Numbered from the stretch's first letter, positions 1 to 10,849 are shown. The stretch is 64,000 nucleotides of DNA from Armatimonadota bacterium (GCA_041690135.1 JAWLHY010000003.1:768001-832000), one strand, 5' to 3'. Numbers and translations: made by a program. The notes: generated by a model not told the origin, from the sequence alone.

Positions 1-77
1 GTGAGGAGCGGAATGGCGGTGGGCGCGATGGGAAATCACGCCCACCGTCGATGGGTACTACCGGCCCAAGGTTCCAC

Positions 78-797
78 CTAGAGGCAGGATTCGCCTGTCA
101 GCGGGACGGGGGCGGCGTTGTCGATGCAGGTGGGATAGCCATTGCGGCTGGCCTCGACCAGGCGCTCGCGGTCGAGGATCTTGATCATCCGGTAGCGGGT
201 ATCGATGATCTCCTCGTTCCGGAGCGCCCCCAGGATGAGGGCGAGCGTTTCCCGCCGCGTGCCGACGAGCCCTGAAAGCTGCTCCTGGGTCAGCGGGATG
301 TTACGGGTCTCCAGGCGGTCGGAAAGTCGGAGCAACGCCACGGCGGCGCGAGCCCGGACGTCCAACGTGGTGGCGCGAACCAGGTCGTCCGTTATCTCGG
401 CCATGCGCCCGGCGGCAAAGCCTGCCAGCAAGGAGGCCAATACCCCGCCCCGGCGCACGGACTGCCGGACGTCCTCGCCTGGAACATGGATGACTTCGGC
501 CGCAGTGAGGGCGTAAGCGGACTGGGTGGCGCGTGCTCGGGGATGCAGGCACTCGATGTTGAAACACTGCGCGGGATCGACAATTCCGGTCATGCGCGTC
601 TCGTCGGCGAACGAGGCCACACACAGTACGACCAACCCCCGCGTGAGGAGGCCGAGCGAAAGGTCTCCATCTCCGCTAACCGTAAGGCTATCCCTTCTTT
701 CGACCTGCGTGCTCGTTGCGACTGCCGCCCACGGCTCCAGTTCTTCGAGGGGCACGGCAGACAGGAAAGGGATGCGCTTGAGTTCGGCTGCCTCCAT
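78..797 (-). CDS. Crp/Fnr family transcriptional regulator
   Basis: N-terminal cNMP-binding-like region and C-terminal Crp HTH (IPLTQEQLSGLVGTRRETLALILGALRNEEII). Confidence 0.88.
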   Translation of the reverse strand: MEAAELKRIPFLSAVPLEELEPWAAVATSTQVERRDSLTVSGDGDLSLGLLTRGLVVLCVASFADETRMTGIVDPAQCFNIECLHPRARATQSAYALTAAEVIHVPGEDVRQSVRRGGVLASLLAGFAAGRMAEITDDLVRATTLDVRARAAVALLRLSDRLETRNIPLTQEQLSGLVGTRRETLALILGALRNEEIIDTRYRMIKILDRERLVEASRNGYPTCIDNAAPVPLTGESCL

Positions 798-934
798 AAA
801 GAAATCTCCCCGTTCCAGGTGCTCTCCCGACGGTGGTTCCTGGGGGTGCCTTCATCCCCAAGGGTGGAACACAGGCTAGGTTGGACGCTGGTGCGTGGAA
901 TTCCTTTTTTTAGCGCTCGACAGTTAGCTTGGCT

Positions 935-3109
935 TTAGCTTAAGAGAGTAGGAGGTTCCACTTCCCCTGCCGGAGCACGACCCAGTTCGGCCTTCCGGCG
1001 CGCGGCCTCGCTCGAGATGCGGTAGCGAGCCACGGGAATCTCCATCAGGTGCCGCCGGAACGCCCGTGCGGGCAATTCCAGTACCCGGGAAGGGAGCACG
1101 GCCCGCACCGTGGCGGTCCGCACCTCCTCATTCAGGAGGGCGATCTCTCCGAAGCTGAAACCGGGACCGAAAGTGCCGATGACCCGCTCCGATTCGGGCT
1201 GCTCCAGTACCACTTCCACTTCCCCTTCCGTGACCAGGTAGAAGTGGGTGGCTGGCTCGCCCTGGCTCACCACGCGGCTGCCGGACCGGAAACTGCGCTC
1301 CCGGCAGAGTTGCGACAGCGTTACCAGCGAGTCGAGCCCGAGTTCCTCGCCGGTGGCCGACCGCCACCAGCGGCGGGTGCGGAAGAGCCGTTCCAGGTCC
1401 TGTGCCTTCTCGGTGTCTTTCAGAAATGCCGCGTACAGGGCCGGTGGAATCCGGAGCAACCGGGTCCAGGGGGCCGTGGCGACCAGGCGGGGTTGGGAGA
1501 GCTCCGGAGTGAGGTTCGGGTGATAGAGGTCGCCGCGCTGGAGGGGGTAATACTCGGCGCCGTCCGCCGCCTGGAGGGAGAGGCTTCCCGCCAGCACGAA
1601 CAGCGCGCCACCGTCGGGCTGCGGCCGGAGCGGCTCCGCTCCGGGCGTGACGACGTCGCCGCCGTAAAGCAGCGAGAGTAGCCAGCGCTCCGGCACGTTG
1701 CGCAGGATGGGCGACCCGAACAGGGCCATCGCTTCCTCGGGGGTACGGTCCTCGCGGGGAATCAACACCACATGGGCGCCCGGGTCCGCCGTGGGCAACA
1801 GTTCGCGCGCGGACTCGGGGATGTGGGTGGTCATCATCCGGCACTCGCCGTTCCGGGAGAGCAGCGCGCGCACTTCTTGCGGGTCGGGATGAATAGGCCC
1901 CCCGCCCGCATCCGCCACAATCACGTCGGCGCCCTCGTAGGCTTGCTGAACCAGGTCGTAACGCGCCTGGCTGATCACCCCTTGCTCCAGGAGCGGGTCG
2001 AGCTGACGGCCCCACAGTGTATCGCCGGGTAGCCGCACCCGTTTGCCCTCCATGGCGATGTCCACCCCCAGGGTGGGGATCGTGTGGACACTGTACCAGG
2101 TGCGAATCTCCGCGCCGAACCAGTGGAGCGGCTCCCCGAACCGTTCCAGGCCCGGGTGCAGCGGCACCCAGCGGAACAGCTTGCGGACCTCCGCCTCCGG
2201 GCAGTCGAGGATCGCCGAGAGGCGCACGATCAAACTGGCCATCACCGGCCCGCTGGTAAGCAGGGTGATCGGCCGGCGGTTGATCAATTGCCCGATGGCG
2301 TTGGCGTGATCCTCATGGTTGTGAGTGATCAGGTAGCCCAGGATGTGGTCATCCTCGATCCCCAGGCGCCGCAGGTGGTCATCCAGGTAGGGAGTGCCGT
2401 CCACGATGAGCGGCTGCCCGTTGATCCAGATGATGAAGCAGGATCCCCACTCCGCCCCGGAGAAGCCGCTGGCGCTGCCGATCACCTGCAGACCGAAGCG
2501 CGGACCCGCCACGGGGGTTTCCACGTCCGCGAAGTAGAACGGGAGCTGATCGCGGGTCTGGGCGCTGCGAGGCACCGTCAGCGCCTCCCCACCGGCGCTC
2601 ACCCGGAGCCCATGGCCGGCGAGGTTCTCGAGGCACACGCCCCCCTCTAACTCCAGTCTCCCGCGCTCGAAACAGCGGACCTCAATCATCTGCTCCAGCG
2701 GTAGGTCCGATACCTCGCCCGAAACGACCCGCCCCTCGCGGGCCAACTGGCGACGGTGGCTCGCGGGGGTACGGAACTGCGCCATCTCCGCTTCGGAGGG
2801 GCCTCGGAGGGTGTGGTGAGCCAGCAACTCCACCCGCTGGCGCTGGGAGGGGTCGCACACCACGATGAACGGCCGGCGGTCGCGCAGACCGTTCATCCGG
2901 AACATGTGGTTGAAGAGGAGAAACTCGAAGCTGGCCTGGTTGATACCGTGCGCGAAGAGCGGATCCGGGGGCAGCACCACCGTGGATGGGAAGGGGTACT
3001 CCCAGAGAACCAGCACCTTGAGGGCTTCCGGGGGCGCGCCGACCAGGATCGCTTCGCCGTTCGGAAGAGCGACCAGGTGGCTGCTATCGATGACCGGGAT
3101 CGCTTTCAT
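935..3109 (-). CDS. MBL-fold metallohydrolase with C-terminal cyclic-nucleotide-binding domain(s); putative cNMP phosphodiesterase
   Basis: THNHEDH MBL motif, HTIPT and GDT motifs; C-terminal cNMP domain (QGEPATHFYLVTEGEV...FGEIALL...RTATVRA). Start may be 3124. Confidence 0.8.
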   Translation of the reverse strand: MKAIPVIDSSHLVALPNGEAILVGAPPEALKVLVLWEYPFPSTVVLPPDPLFAHGINQASFEFLLFNHMFRMNGLRDRRPFIVVCDPSQRQRVELLAHHTLRGPSEAEMAQFRTPASHRRQLAREGRVVSGEVSDLPLEQMIEVRCFERGRLELEGGVCLENLAGHGLRVSAGGEALTVPRSAQTRDQLPFYFADVETPVAGPRFGLQVIGSASGFSGAEWGSCFIIWINGQPLIVDGTPYLDDHLRRLGIEDDHILGYLITHNHEDHANAIGQLINRRPITLLTSGPVMASLIVRLSAILDCPEAEVRKLFRWVPLHPGLERFGEPLHWFGAEIRTWYSVHTIPTLGVDIAMEGKRVRLPGDTLWGRQLDPLLEQGVISQARYDLVQQAYEGADVIVADAGGGPIHPDPQEVRALLSRNGECRMMTTHIPESARELLPTADPGAHVVLIPREDRTPEEAMALFGSPILRNVPERWLLSLLYGGDVVTPGAEPLRPQPDGGALFVLAGSLSLQAADGAEYYPLQRGDLYHPNLTPELSQPRLVATAPWTRLLRIPPALYAAFLKDTEKAQDLERLFRTRRWWRSATGEELGLDSLVTLSQLCRERSFRSGSRVVSQGEPATHFYLVTEGEVEVVLEQPESERVIGTFGPGFSFGEIALLNEEVRTATVRAVLPSRVLELPARAFRRHLMEIPVARYRISSEAARRKAELGRAPAGEVEPPTLLS

Positions 3110-3794
3110 GGGGACCGCCAGCACCGGGCCAACCGGGCTTCCGCTCCGGCCCCAGGCACCATGCGCTCCGGGGCCACCGCCTGTGAGGACTTAAATCTTG
3201 CTTAGGATAACACGGATTGGCGTAGAGTCACCGATCCCTTGCTCGGAGGTTGACCAGGAGTCGGCTCCGCGGGATCCGAGGGGTCCGTTGACAAGCCGCG
3301 CGCCGTTGCGATATGACGATTTCGCGCATCCGGGACCCATCCAAATAATCGGGCGCTGTGTTTGCGAGATCTATCTCATCTCCTTTATTGAGCAGGGAGC
3401 CCCTGCTTCCTTCTTCTCACCCATCCCCATGGCAACTCGGTCCCGCGGGCGGGACGATCGAGACGGGAAGTGGGTGGTTAGAGGCCGGACCCCTCGGGTA
3501 GTCTGGGCGGGAGAGAGAGGGCCGCGCCCTGTCCGACCGGGATGGGTAGCGAAGCGGCCGATAGGGCGGCTTTGCCTTCTCCGGCTCCTCTCCGCACGAT
3601 GCCGAACCGCCACGTGGAGGAGGGGAGGGTGGAGACCGCAGCCTTGCCGCCGGCGAGCTTCCAGGAGTCCGTTCCGCCGGTACCGCGCCATTCCGTAGAC
3701 CGGCCGCCGGCAGTCGGACCGGCCGCCGCGAATGATCGACAGTTTCAGGGCGTTCGCCAGGACCCGGCGATCCGCCCGGTGAGGAGAAGGATCC

Positions 3795-4808
3795 ATGGCA
3801 GTAAGAGTTGGCATCAATGGTTTCGGCCGCATCGGCCGCATCACGTTCCGCGCCATGCAGGAGCGCTACGGCGACAGCATCGAAGTCGTCGCGCTGAATG
3901 ACCTGGTGGACCCCACCACCAACGCGCACCTGCTGAAGTACGACAGCAACTACGGCAACTACGGCGGCAGCATCAGCGTCGGCGAGAAGTCGATCACGGT
4001 GAACGGCCAGGAGATCCGCATCTTCGCGGAGAAGAACCCGGCCCAGATCCCGTGGGGCGACCTGGGCGTGGACGTGGTGGTCGAGTCCACCGGCGTCTTC
4101 ACCGACGGCGAGAAGGCCAAGGCCCACCTGGAAGGCGGCGCCAAGAAGGTGATCATCAGCGCCCCCGCCACGAAGGAAGACATCACCATCGTGATGGGCG
4201 TGAACCACGAGAACTACGACCCAGCCGCGCACAATATCCTGTCGAACGCCTCCTGCACCACGAACTGCCTGGCGCCGGTTTCCAAGGTGCTGCTGGACAA
4301 CTTCGGCATCGTGAAGGGCCTGATGAGCACGGTCCACGCCGCCACCAACGACCAGAAGGTGGCCGACCAGGCTCACAAGGACCTGCGCCGCGCCCGCGCC
4401 ACGCAGGACAACATCATCCCTACCAGCACCGGCGCCGCCAAGGCGATCTCCCGCGTGCTGCCGCAGCTCGAAGGTAAGATGCACGGTATCGCCTTCCGCG
4501 TGCCCACCAAGACCGTTTCGGTGGTCGACCTGACGGTGGAGTTGGAGCGGGGCGCCAGCGTGGATCAGATCAACGAGGCCTTCCGCGCCGCCTCCGAAGG
4601 CGCGCTGAAGGGCATCCTGGGCTTCTGCACCGATCCGCTTACCAGCATCGACTTCAAGGGCAACCCGATCTCCTCGATCGTGGACGCCCCGTCTACGATG
4701 GTGATCGGCGGCAACCTGGCGAAGATCGTTTCCTGGTACGACAACGAGTACGCCTACAGCTGCCGCGTGGCCGACCTGGCCAACTACATCGCCTCCAAGG
4801 GCCTGTAA
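3795..4808 (+). CDS. gap: Type I glyceraldehyde-3-phosphate dehydrogenase
   Basis: GINGFGRIGR, active site ASCTTNCLAP, WYDNE. Confidence 0.98.
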   Translation: MAVRVGINGFGRIGRITFRAMQERYGDSIEVVALNDLVDPTTNAHLLKYDSNYGNYGGSISVGEKSITVNGQEIRIFAEKNPAQIPWGDLGVDVVVESTGVFTDGEKAKAHLEGGAKKVIISAPATKEDITIVMGVNHENYDPAAHNILSNASCTTNCLAPVSKVLLDNFGIVKGLMSTVHAATNDQKVADQAHKDLRRARATQDNIIPTSTGAAKAISRVLPQLEGKMHGIAFRVPTKTVSVVDLTVELERGASVDQINEAFRAASEGALKGILGFCTDPLTSIDFKGNPISSIVDAPSTMVIGGNLAKIVSWYDNEYAYSCRVADLANYIASKGL

Positions 4809-4815
4809 GCGGGAC

Positions 4816-5032
4816 TTAACCGCCAGGGCGCGAAGGACACCAAGACGAAACCCGAGGGATCGCTGCGCGGGCCAACACGAAAACACGAAATAGCGAAAGC
4901 ACGAAAAGGATCGGACCGAAGGGTAGCGTGCCGCTTCTTTCCATTCGATCCGTGTTCTTTGGTAATTTCCGTGTCCTTCCGTGTTAAAGCGTTCCCTTTC
5001 TCTCTTGGGCTGCCTGGCGTCCTGGCGGTTTG
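4816..5032. repeat. Nested inverted short-repeat cluster in the gap-pgk intergenic region
   Basis: Outer aaccgccagggcgc...cgtcctggcggtt arms; inner aacacgaaaacacgaaa...ttccgtgtccttccgtgtt arms. Confidence 0.6.
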
Positions 5033-5055
5033 CTTTAGTTGCTAGGGAGGATGAA

Positions 5056-6246
5056 ATGGCAAAGAAGACGATCCACGATATCTACGTGCAGGATCGCCGC
5101 GTGCTGGTGCGCGTGGACTTCAACGTGCCGATGGAGAACGGCGAGATCACGGACGACACCCGCATCCGCGCAGCGCTGCCCACGATCCGCCACCTGGCCG
5201 ACCAGGGCGCGCGCGTCATCCTGATGAGCCACCTGGAAGGCAAGGACAAGGTCGATCCGAAGACGATGACGATGGATGCCGTCGGCCGCCGTCTCTCGGA
5301 GCTCCTCGGCCGGCCGGTACAGAAGGTGAACGACTGCATTGGGCCGGAGGCGGAAGCCGCCGCGCAGGCGCTGGCTCCCGGCGGCGTGCTGCTGCTGGAG
5401 AACACCCGGCACCATGGCGGCGAGAAGAAGAACGACCCGGAGTTCGCCGCGGCCCTGGCGAAGCTGGGTGACGTGTACGTGGATGATGCCTTCGGCACGG
5501 CCCACCGCAGCCACGCCAGCAACGTGGGCGTTACCGCTCACCTGGAAGCGGCCGCCGGCCTCCTGATGCTGAAGGAGCTGGAGACGCTGGGCGGGGCGCT
5601 GGATAACCCGCAGCGACCGTTCGTCGCCATCCTGGGCGGCGCCAAGGTCAAGGACAAGATCAAGGTTATCGAAAACCTGCTGCCCAAGGTCGACACCCTG
5701 ATCATCGGGGGCGGGATGGCCTACACCTTCCTGAAGGCCATGGGGCACGAGATCGGCAAGAGCCTTCTGGATGAGAGCTTCCTGGAGCGCGCCGGCGAGG
5801 TGGTCCAGGTGGCGAAGGAGAACGGCTGGAAGCTGGCGCTGCCGACCGACGTGGTGGTGACGGACCACTTCCGCAACCCCACGATCAAGCGGACCGTTCC
5901 GATCAGCGAGATCCCCGCCGACCTGGAAGGCGTGGACATCGGTCCCGACACGATCGCCCGGTACCAGGAGATCCTCAAGGACGCGAAAACCGTGGTGTGG
6001 AATGGCCCCATGGGCGTGTTCGAGACCCCGGACTTTGCCGTGGGCACCCGGTCCATCGGGGAGACTCTCGCGGGCGTCGCGCAGTCCGGAGCCAACGTGA
6101 TCATCGGCGGCGGCGACAGCGCGGCGGCGGTGGAGCAGTTCGGCCTGGCGGACCGGATGACGCACATCTCCACCGGCGGCGGGGCCAGCCTGGAGTTCCT
6201 GGAAGGCAAGGAACTGCCCGGCGTGGCGGCGCTCAGCGACAAGTAG
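5056..6246 (+). CDS. pgk: Phosphoglycerate kinase
   Basis: [42 protein letters not shown]; GGAGG RBS before ATG 5056. Confidence 0.98.
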   Translation: MAKKTIHDIYVQDRRVLVRVDFNVPMENGEITDDTRIRAALPTIRHLADQGARVILMSHLEGKDKVDPKTMTMDAVGRRLSELLGRPVQKVNDCIGPEAEAAAQALAPGGVLLLENTRHHGGEKKNDPEFAAALAKLGDVYVDDAFGTAHRSHASNVGVTAHLEAAAGLLMLKELETLGGALDNPQRPFVAILGGAKVKDKIKVIENLLPKVDTLIIGGGMAYTFLKAMGHEIGKSLLDESFLERAGEVVQVAKENGWKLALPTDVVVTDHFRNPTIKRTVPISEIPADLEGVDIGPDTIARYQEILKDAKTVVWNGPMGVFETPDFAVGTRSIGETLAGVAQSGANVIIGGGDSAAAVEQFGLADRMTHISTGGGASLEFLEGKELPGVAALSDK

Positions 6247-6366
6247 ACATCCGTCGTCAATATCGGATGAAGTGTGTAAGACGGAAGATGCGCCAATCGC
6301 GTGTCTTCCGTTTTTCTTGTCTGTATTCGCTGAGACTGTGGCTATCGACAAGGAGCGCCGAACAGC

Positions 6367-6882
6367 ATGAGACGAGTGGTTGTGGCTTACCTTCTACGCG
6401 GGGAGGCGTCCGAGCGGGTCAATCACCTTCGCCGGCAGTACGACCCCCGAACCGCCGCAGCCATCCCGGCGCATGTGACCCTGGCGGGACCGGTGAACAC
6501 TCCGGCCCCGCTCGATGACCTGATCCGCGCGCTCTACTCCGTCGCGGGTCGGACGGCGCCGCTCGCGCTCCGGATCGGCGCGGTCGCAACCTTCCTGCCG
6601 GTTTCGGCAACGACTTTTCTCGAAGTGGAACCGCGTGCATCGCTCACCGCGCTGCACGACCTACAGGTACAGGAGTTGGGATGGACGGAAACCTACCCCT
6701 ACCATCCCCATGTAACGGTGACCGAGTACCTGGACCGGTTCGCGACCGAGGAGGCCTACCGCTCCCTTCGGGGAATAGAAGTCGAGTGGCTCGACTATCT
6801 AGACCGGATCACGCTACTGGAAAAACTCCCCGATGGCCGGTGGATTTCGGTAGCAAATGCGGCGCTAAATGCCGGCCTGTAG
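6367..6882 (+). CDS. 2H phosphoesterase (2'-5' RNA ligase superfamily)
   Basis: Two HxT motifs (PAHVTL, HPHVTV). Confidence 0.85.
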   Translation: MRRVVVAYLLRGEASERVNHLRRQYDPRTAAAIPAHVTLAGPVNTPAPLDDLIRALYSVAGRTAPLALRIGAVATFLPVSATTFLEVEPRASLTALHDLQVQELGWTETYPYHPHVTVTEYLDRFATEEAYRSLRGIEVEWLDYLDRITLLEKLPDGRWISVANAALNAGL

Positions 6883-7040
6883 GCGTGATCGCCGATAGGG
6901 CATCCGGCACCCCCTCGAAACATGATCCTGCGTGGGTTAAGGGGGTTACGCTCCGTAGGGGCGCACAAAGGGCACAAACATCCGGGTAAAGGGAAATGCG
7001 GCAAAAAGGCAGAGGCCCGTTGGAGGTCCCGGAGGTACTA

Positions 7041-8215
7041 CTAAGGGGTTATGGGGAGTAACTGAGCGGTTCTGCTTTTAGCCTTCCGTAGTTCGATGGC
7101 CTTACAGGCGAGGGCCTCGTCGACGGCGGCTTTGAGTGCGCCCAATTGGGCGTGGCTCCGCACCGGCAGGCCCTGGTATTTGACATCCCGCCAGTCCGGC
7201 TCGATCCGGGATAATTCGGGACAGTAGGGTGGGAGGAAAAAGAGGTGAATGCCGGCCGCTCGCATCGCCGCCTCTTCTTGCTGCACCCGCTCGCAACGGT
7301 GGACCGTGTAGTTGTCCAGCACGTAATGCAGGGGGCGTTCCCGCCGCCAACTTTCCGGGGCCTCACTGGGTCGTCCCGCGACCGTCCACAGGAAGCCGAG
7401 GAAGACTTCGGCATCCAGGCGGCCCACCTCCTCGGGGGTAAGCCCGTGTTTTTCCGCTTGGGCGGCCAGACTCGGCGGCTGTTTGGCCCGGCTCTGGGGC
7501 AGACACGCCAGCGTCACGAAGGCGAACTCTCCGGCGGCCGGGCCGTGCGTGAAGTGCGCTCCCAGGGCATTCACCCGCCGTCCCTGCGGCGCCTCATACG
7601 GCACGCGTAGCGGGCGACCGACCGGGCCCCAACTGGCACTTGTAGGCAGGGTCATGGCAAACCCCGCCTCGTCTACGTGGGCGACGTCCCAGCACCCGGC
7701 ATCTCCCCCTTTTCCAGTTCCGTGAGTGCGGCTTGCTTCGCGGCGACCGCCTCCGGATCCTGCTTATGACGCAGATGACGCACCGTGCGACGATAGGAGA
7801 ACCGGGCGCGGCGCAACAACATGCTGAGGTGGTTGGGGGACAGCCGCAGCCCGTGGTGCTCGGCCAACCAGTCCGCCAGTTGGGCGGCGGTCCACGTGCG
7901 TTCCTGTTTTTCAATTTCCGCCCGGAGGGCGACGAGCAACTCTGGGGTCAGTTGGGAGGTTTGTCCGACGTGCGGACGATCTTCCAGTGCCTCGAAACCC
8001 CCGGTCAGAAAGCACTTGATCCAATGCCGCACCCGCACTTCACTCTGGCGGGTTAAGCGAGCGATCTGGGGGATGCTGAAGCCGGCGTCCAACAAGCGGA
8101 CCATCTCGAGCCGGTCGCGGGTGCGGGGTTTCAGACCGGGCAGGCGCGTGCGCCGGCGCAGTTCGTCATGTTGAGCCTCGGTGAGTTGGACGCGATACAA
8201 CGTGTGTCCCTCCAC
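7041..8215 (-). CDS. IS630 transposase split into HTH (8215-7673) and DDE (~7706-7041) frames, joined by a probable -1 frameshift
   Basis: Slippery A_AAG_GGG on the minus strand near 7706-7712; the -1 frame reads VDEAGF...LDNYTVH...LPPYCPELSRIE. Confidence 0.88.
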
Positions 8216-8262
8216 CGAGAATATACGCGAATTTCTACTCAGTTACTCCCGGCTACCCCTTA
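7042..8262 (-). mobile_element. IS630-family insertion sequence, complete
   Basis: Imperfect terminal inverted repeats (taaggggttatggggagtaactgag vs reverse complement taaggggtagccgggagtaactgag); TA at 7042-7043 and 8261-8262; HTH ORF + DDE ORF. Confidence 0.92.
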
Positions 8263-8697
8263 GCGAGAGGTGCTGACGGTGTTTGGGCCGAGATATCTCT
8301 CGGACTCCCCGGCATGGTTCAGAAGGTGGTCCCGGTCCGCCGAAGACAGTACGGGGTGCCGGGCGAAGTAGGGACCGCGGGCGGTGGCCGCGTAGCCCCG
8401 ATAACTCGAAGGCTTCCAGATGGACTTATGTACCCGGCAGAGGGCAGGGTCGTGCGCAAGTTGACGATAGCGACATCGGGTTCCTGAGTTCTGGTGACCC
8501 CCAGGTAGGATTCAGGCACTCGGTCTGGAGTGGCTAAATCAGGACTGAAGGGATGAGCACCCAGGATGAAGGGCCGGAGCCGGTCGGGGTGTTGTTCCGG
8601 CGGGGACCCTCGAAGCAGGTGCTGCTCGTTTCCTGGGATATGGAGCGGGACCGGTGAGGAAGGATGAGGGTTGAAGGTGGTGCGAGACTGGGTTCGG

Positions 8698-9327
8698 TCA
8701 GCCTGTCGGGGCTTCATCGCCCGGTGGGGTGCCTGTGACTTTCAGCGGCCAGCCAGTAGTCTGCGCGACGAGCTCGGCAAACTCCCGAATCTGCGCCGGG
8801 GTACATTGATTCAGCCGTGTGCCCACCAGAACCCCCTGGTTCAGCCAACCACCAGCGGCACGAAACGATAGGCTGGTCTGCGGGCCATCCTCTTGATCCC
8901 AGGTGTGGCTGAGTTCGAGAGTTCCATCCACGTACCGGCGTGACTTCCGTCTGCCGGAGTGCCAACTGCCCCAGCAAAGCTCAAGATAGCCAGGGCCCGC
9001 GTGCCATTCCTGGCGGGTATTGCGCGCGGAAAGGGACGAATAGAGCCCGTAAATCCCCAGGAGACCCGGCAGAATCAGCGGGCGCAGCCCTCCCTGTCCG
9101 GGACCAAATCCTTCCATCTCCCATTTCCCCGGAATCAGACCCGAGGCCATCGCGGCGAAGAAGGCGAACATTGCGGTCCAGCAGGCGCTGAACAGCAAAC
9201 AGCCGGACGATGATTTACGCTGCTTTTCCTGTGTCTCGCGCATCAGGAGCGTGCCGTCCGGCTGGCGTTCGATGACCCAGCCCGGTAGGATGCGCCCGGC
9301 CAGGGCGTCTTCGTGCGGCAACGTCAT
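8698..9327 (-). CDS. Hypothetical membrane protein (2 TM segments)
   Basis: 209-aa ORF with two hydrophobic stretches; 4-bp overlap with the upstream DUF4058 gene. Confidence 0.6.
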   Translation of the reverse strand: MTLPHEDALAGRILPGWVIERQPDGTLLMRETQEKQRKSSSGCLLFSACWTAMFAFFAAMASGLIPGKWEMEGFGPGQGGLRPLILPGLLGIYGLYSSLSARNTRQEWHAGPGYLELCWGSWHSGRRKSRRYVDGTLELSHTWDQEDGPQTSLSFRAAGGWLNQGVLVGTRLNQCTPAQIREFAELVAQTTGWPLKVTGTPPGDEAPTG

Positions 9328-10130
9328 TTCAGTCCTGTTTCATGCTGGGCTATCCGGTCGTGTATCCAGACTTCCTCTTCCGGTGAGAGGGGTGGGGGCG
9401 GGACGGGGCTGGTGTAGTCCACTTCCCAACGGTACGGCCCGACCTCGTAGCAGTGGTCGAGGACCTCCTGCAGTGGAACAACCACCGGCTCGTCTTCCGG
9501 TAAGAGGGGAACGGCGATGGGCGGCAGCGGGTCCGAGAGCTGGACGGGGTAGACGACGTAATCTTCCAGGTTGTCCAGCCGGTGCACGCACACGTGATAC
9601 CGGAAGCTGCCCGCCGCAGCCCGGGCTCGTTCCAGAGGAACGGCTGTGGTGTGGGTGCCCGCGCGCAGGAGATCGATCTCCACCAGGTTGACGTGCGTCT
9701 CCAGGAACTCTCGCTGCTTGCGAAGATACAACTCCCGGCCATGTTCCCCGGGCGTTTTGTTCGTCGGGCTCAAGACTTCGATGGCTGTCACCAGGCGGGT
9801 ATCGCGTCCGCGCCCGATACGGATCTCTACCCGCGGCTCCACGCGCTCATCGTGAGGGACATGCACGATGACCGCCCGGCCCGCGCCGGGGGAAACCGCG
9901 GTCGCCGTCCCCCGATTTTCGGCATGCGGAGGACGGGCGATGACGACATCCGGACCCGTAAAGCGCTCGGACACTTCGATCCAGACCCGGCGTCCCAGCC
10001 CGGCATAGTAGGGTGGCGGCAGAACCCGCTGAATCGCCTCACTCAGGTGGGTGACCAACCGGTCGCGAAGATCGGAGAAAAGGGACGGGTCTTCGAGAAA
10101 CGGGTCCATCCCCGGAAATGGCGACGGCAT
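9324..10130 (-). CDS. DUF4058 family protein (restriction-endonuclease-like fold)
   Basis: MPSPFPGMDPFLE start; IEVLSPTNK and LVEIDLLRAG motifs. Confidence 0.88.
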   Translation of the reverse strand: MPSPFPGMDPFLEDPSLFSDLRDRLVTHLSEAIQRVLPPPYYAGLGRRVWIEVSERFTGPDVVIARPPHAENRGTATAVSPGAGRAVIVHVPHDERVEPRVEIRIGRGRDTRLVTAIEVLSPTNKTPGEHGRELYLRKQREFLETHVNLVEIDLLRAGTHTTAVPLERARAAAGSFRYHVCVHRLDNLEDYVVYPVQLSDPLPPIAVPLLPEDEPVVVPLQEVLDHCYEVGPYRWEVDYTSPVPPPPLSPEEEVWIHDRIAQHETGLK

Positions 10131-10201
10131 GGCGCAACCTTGCTTTCTTCTGTGTCTTCTCTTGTTGCTTCTGTGTCCCTCTGTGTCGAGAGGTGTTCCC
10201 C

Positions 10202-10849
10202 TCACACTCCTGGGCGGAAGATGCGGAGGCAGCGCTGGAGAGCCTCGGGGTCCCCCTCGACCTTCAGGCGGTCCACGGCTTCGGAATTGGCGGGGTCGAG
10301 ACCCCGGGCCAGGCTGAAGAAGGTCGGGGCATCGGCGGTGACCTTGACCACCGGGTCTCGAGCCGGGCCGAGGGCGGATTGGAGAGTGCCATCGGTCACG
10401 CGGGCATGGAAGGTTACGCCGTTCACCGTGAACTCGTACTCCTCATGTAGCCCCCGCGCCTGCTCCGGGTGAAAGAGGACGTTCAGGGCGAGCACACACC
10501 ACTCCGGGTTGAAGTACTCCTCTCCGGACCACGGGCCCAGCAGGCTGCTGCCCCAGCGGGCCATCTCCAGCATCACGCGGTCAAGCGAGCGGCCCCGCTC
10601 CGTCAGCTCGTAGACGGCGGAGGCGGCCGGCGGGGGGAGGGCGCCACGCTGCAGGACACCCTGTCCTTCCAACTCCCGCAGGCGGGTGGTGAGCAGGTTG
10701 GGGCCGATGCCGGGGAGCGCCCCCAGCAGCTCCTTGAACCGCTTGGGACCGGTGAGCAGCTCCCGGACGATCAGCAGCACCCAGCGGTCGCCCAGCACGT
10801 CCAGCGCCCGGGCCAGCGCGCAGTACTGCCCGTAACTACGCTTCGCCAC
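10202..10849 (-). CDS. HxlR-family winged-HTH regulator with SCP2-like C-terminal domain
   Basis: YGQYCALARALDVLGDRWVLLIVRELL...YELT; C-terminal LKVEGD. Confidence 0.88.
   Translation of the reverse strand: MAKRSYGQYCALARALDVLGDRWVLLIVRELLTGPKRFKELLGALPGIGPNLLTTRLRELEGQGVLQRGALPPPAASAVYELTERGRSLDRVMLEMARWGSSLLGPWSGEEYFNPEWCVLALNVLFHPEQARGLHEEYEFTVNGVTFHARVTDGTLQSALGPARDPVVKVTADAPTFFSLARGLDPANSEAVDRLKVEGDPEALQRCLRIFRPGV

Noticed and set aside
3417-6351. Long antisense ORFs over gap and pgk, and similar ones over rpoD, DUF1501, DUF1553 and PPIase genes
   Set aside because: Shadow ORFs expected from high-GC codon bias; no recognisable motifs.
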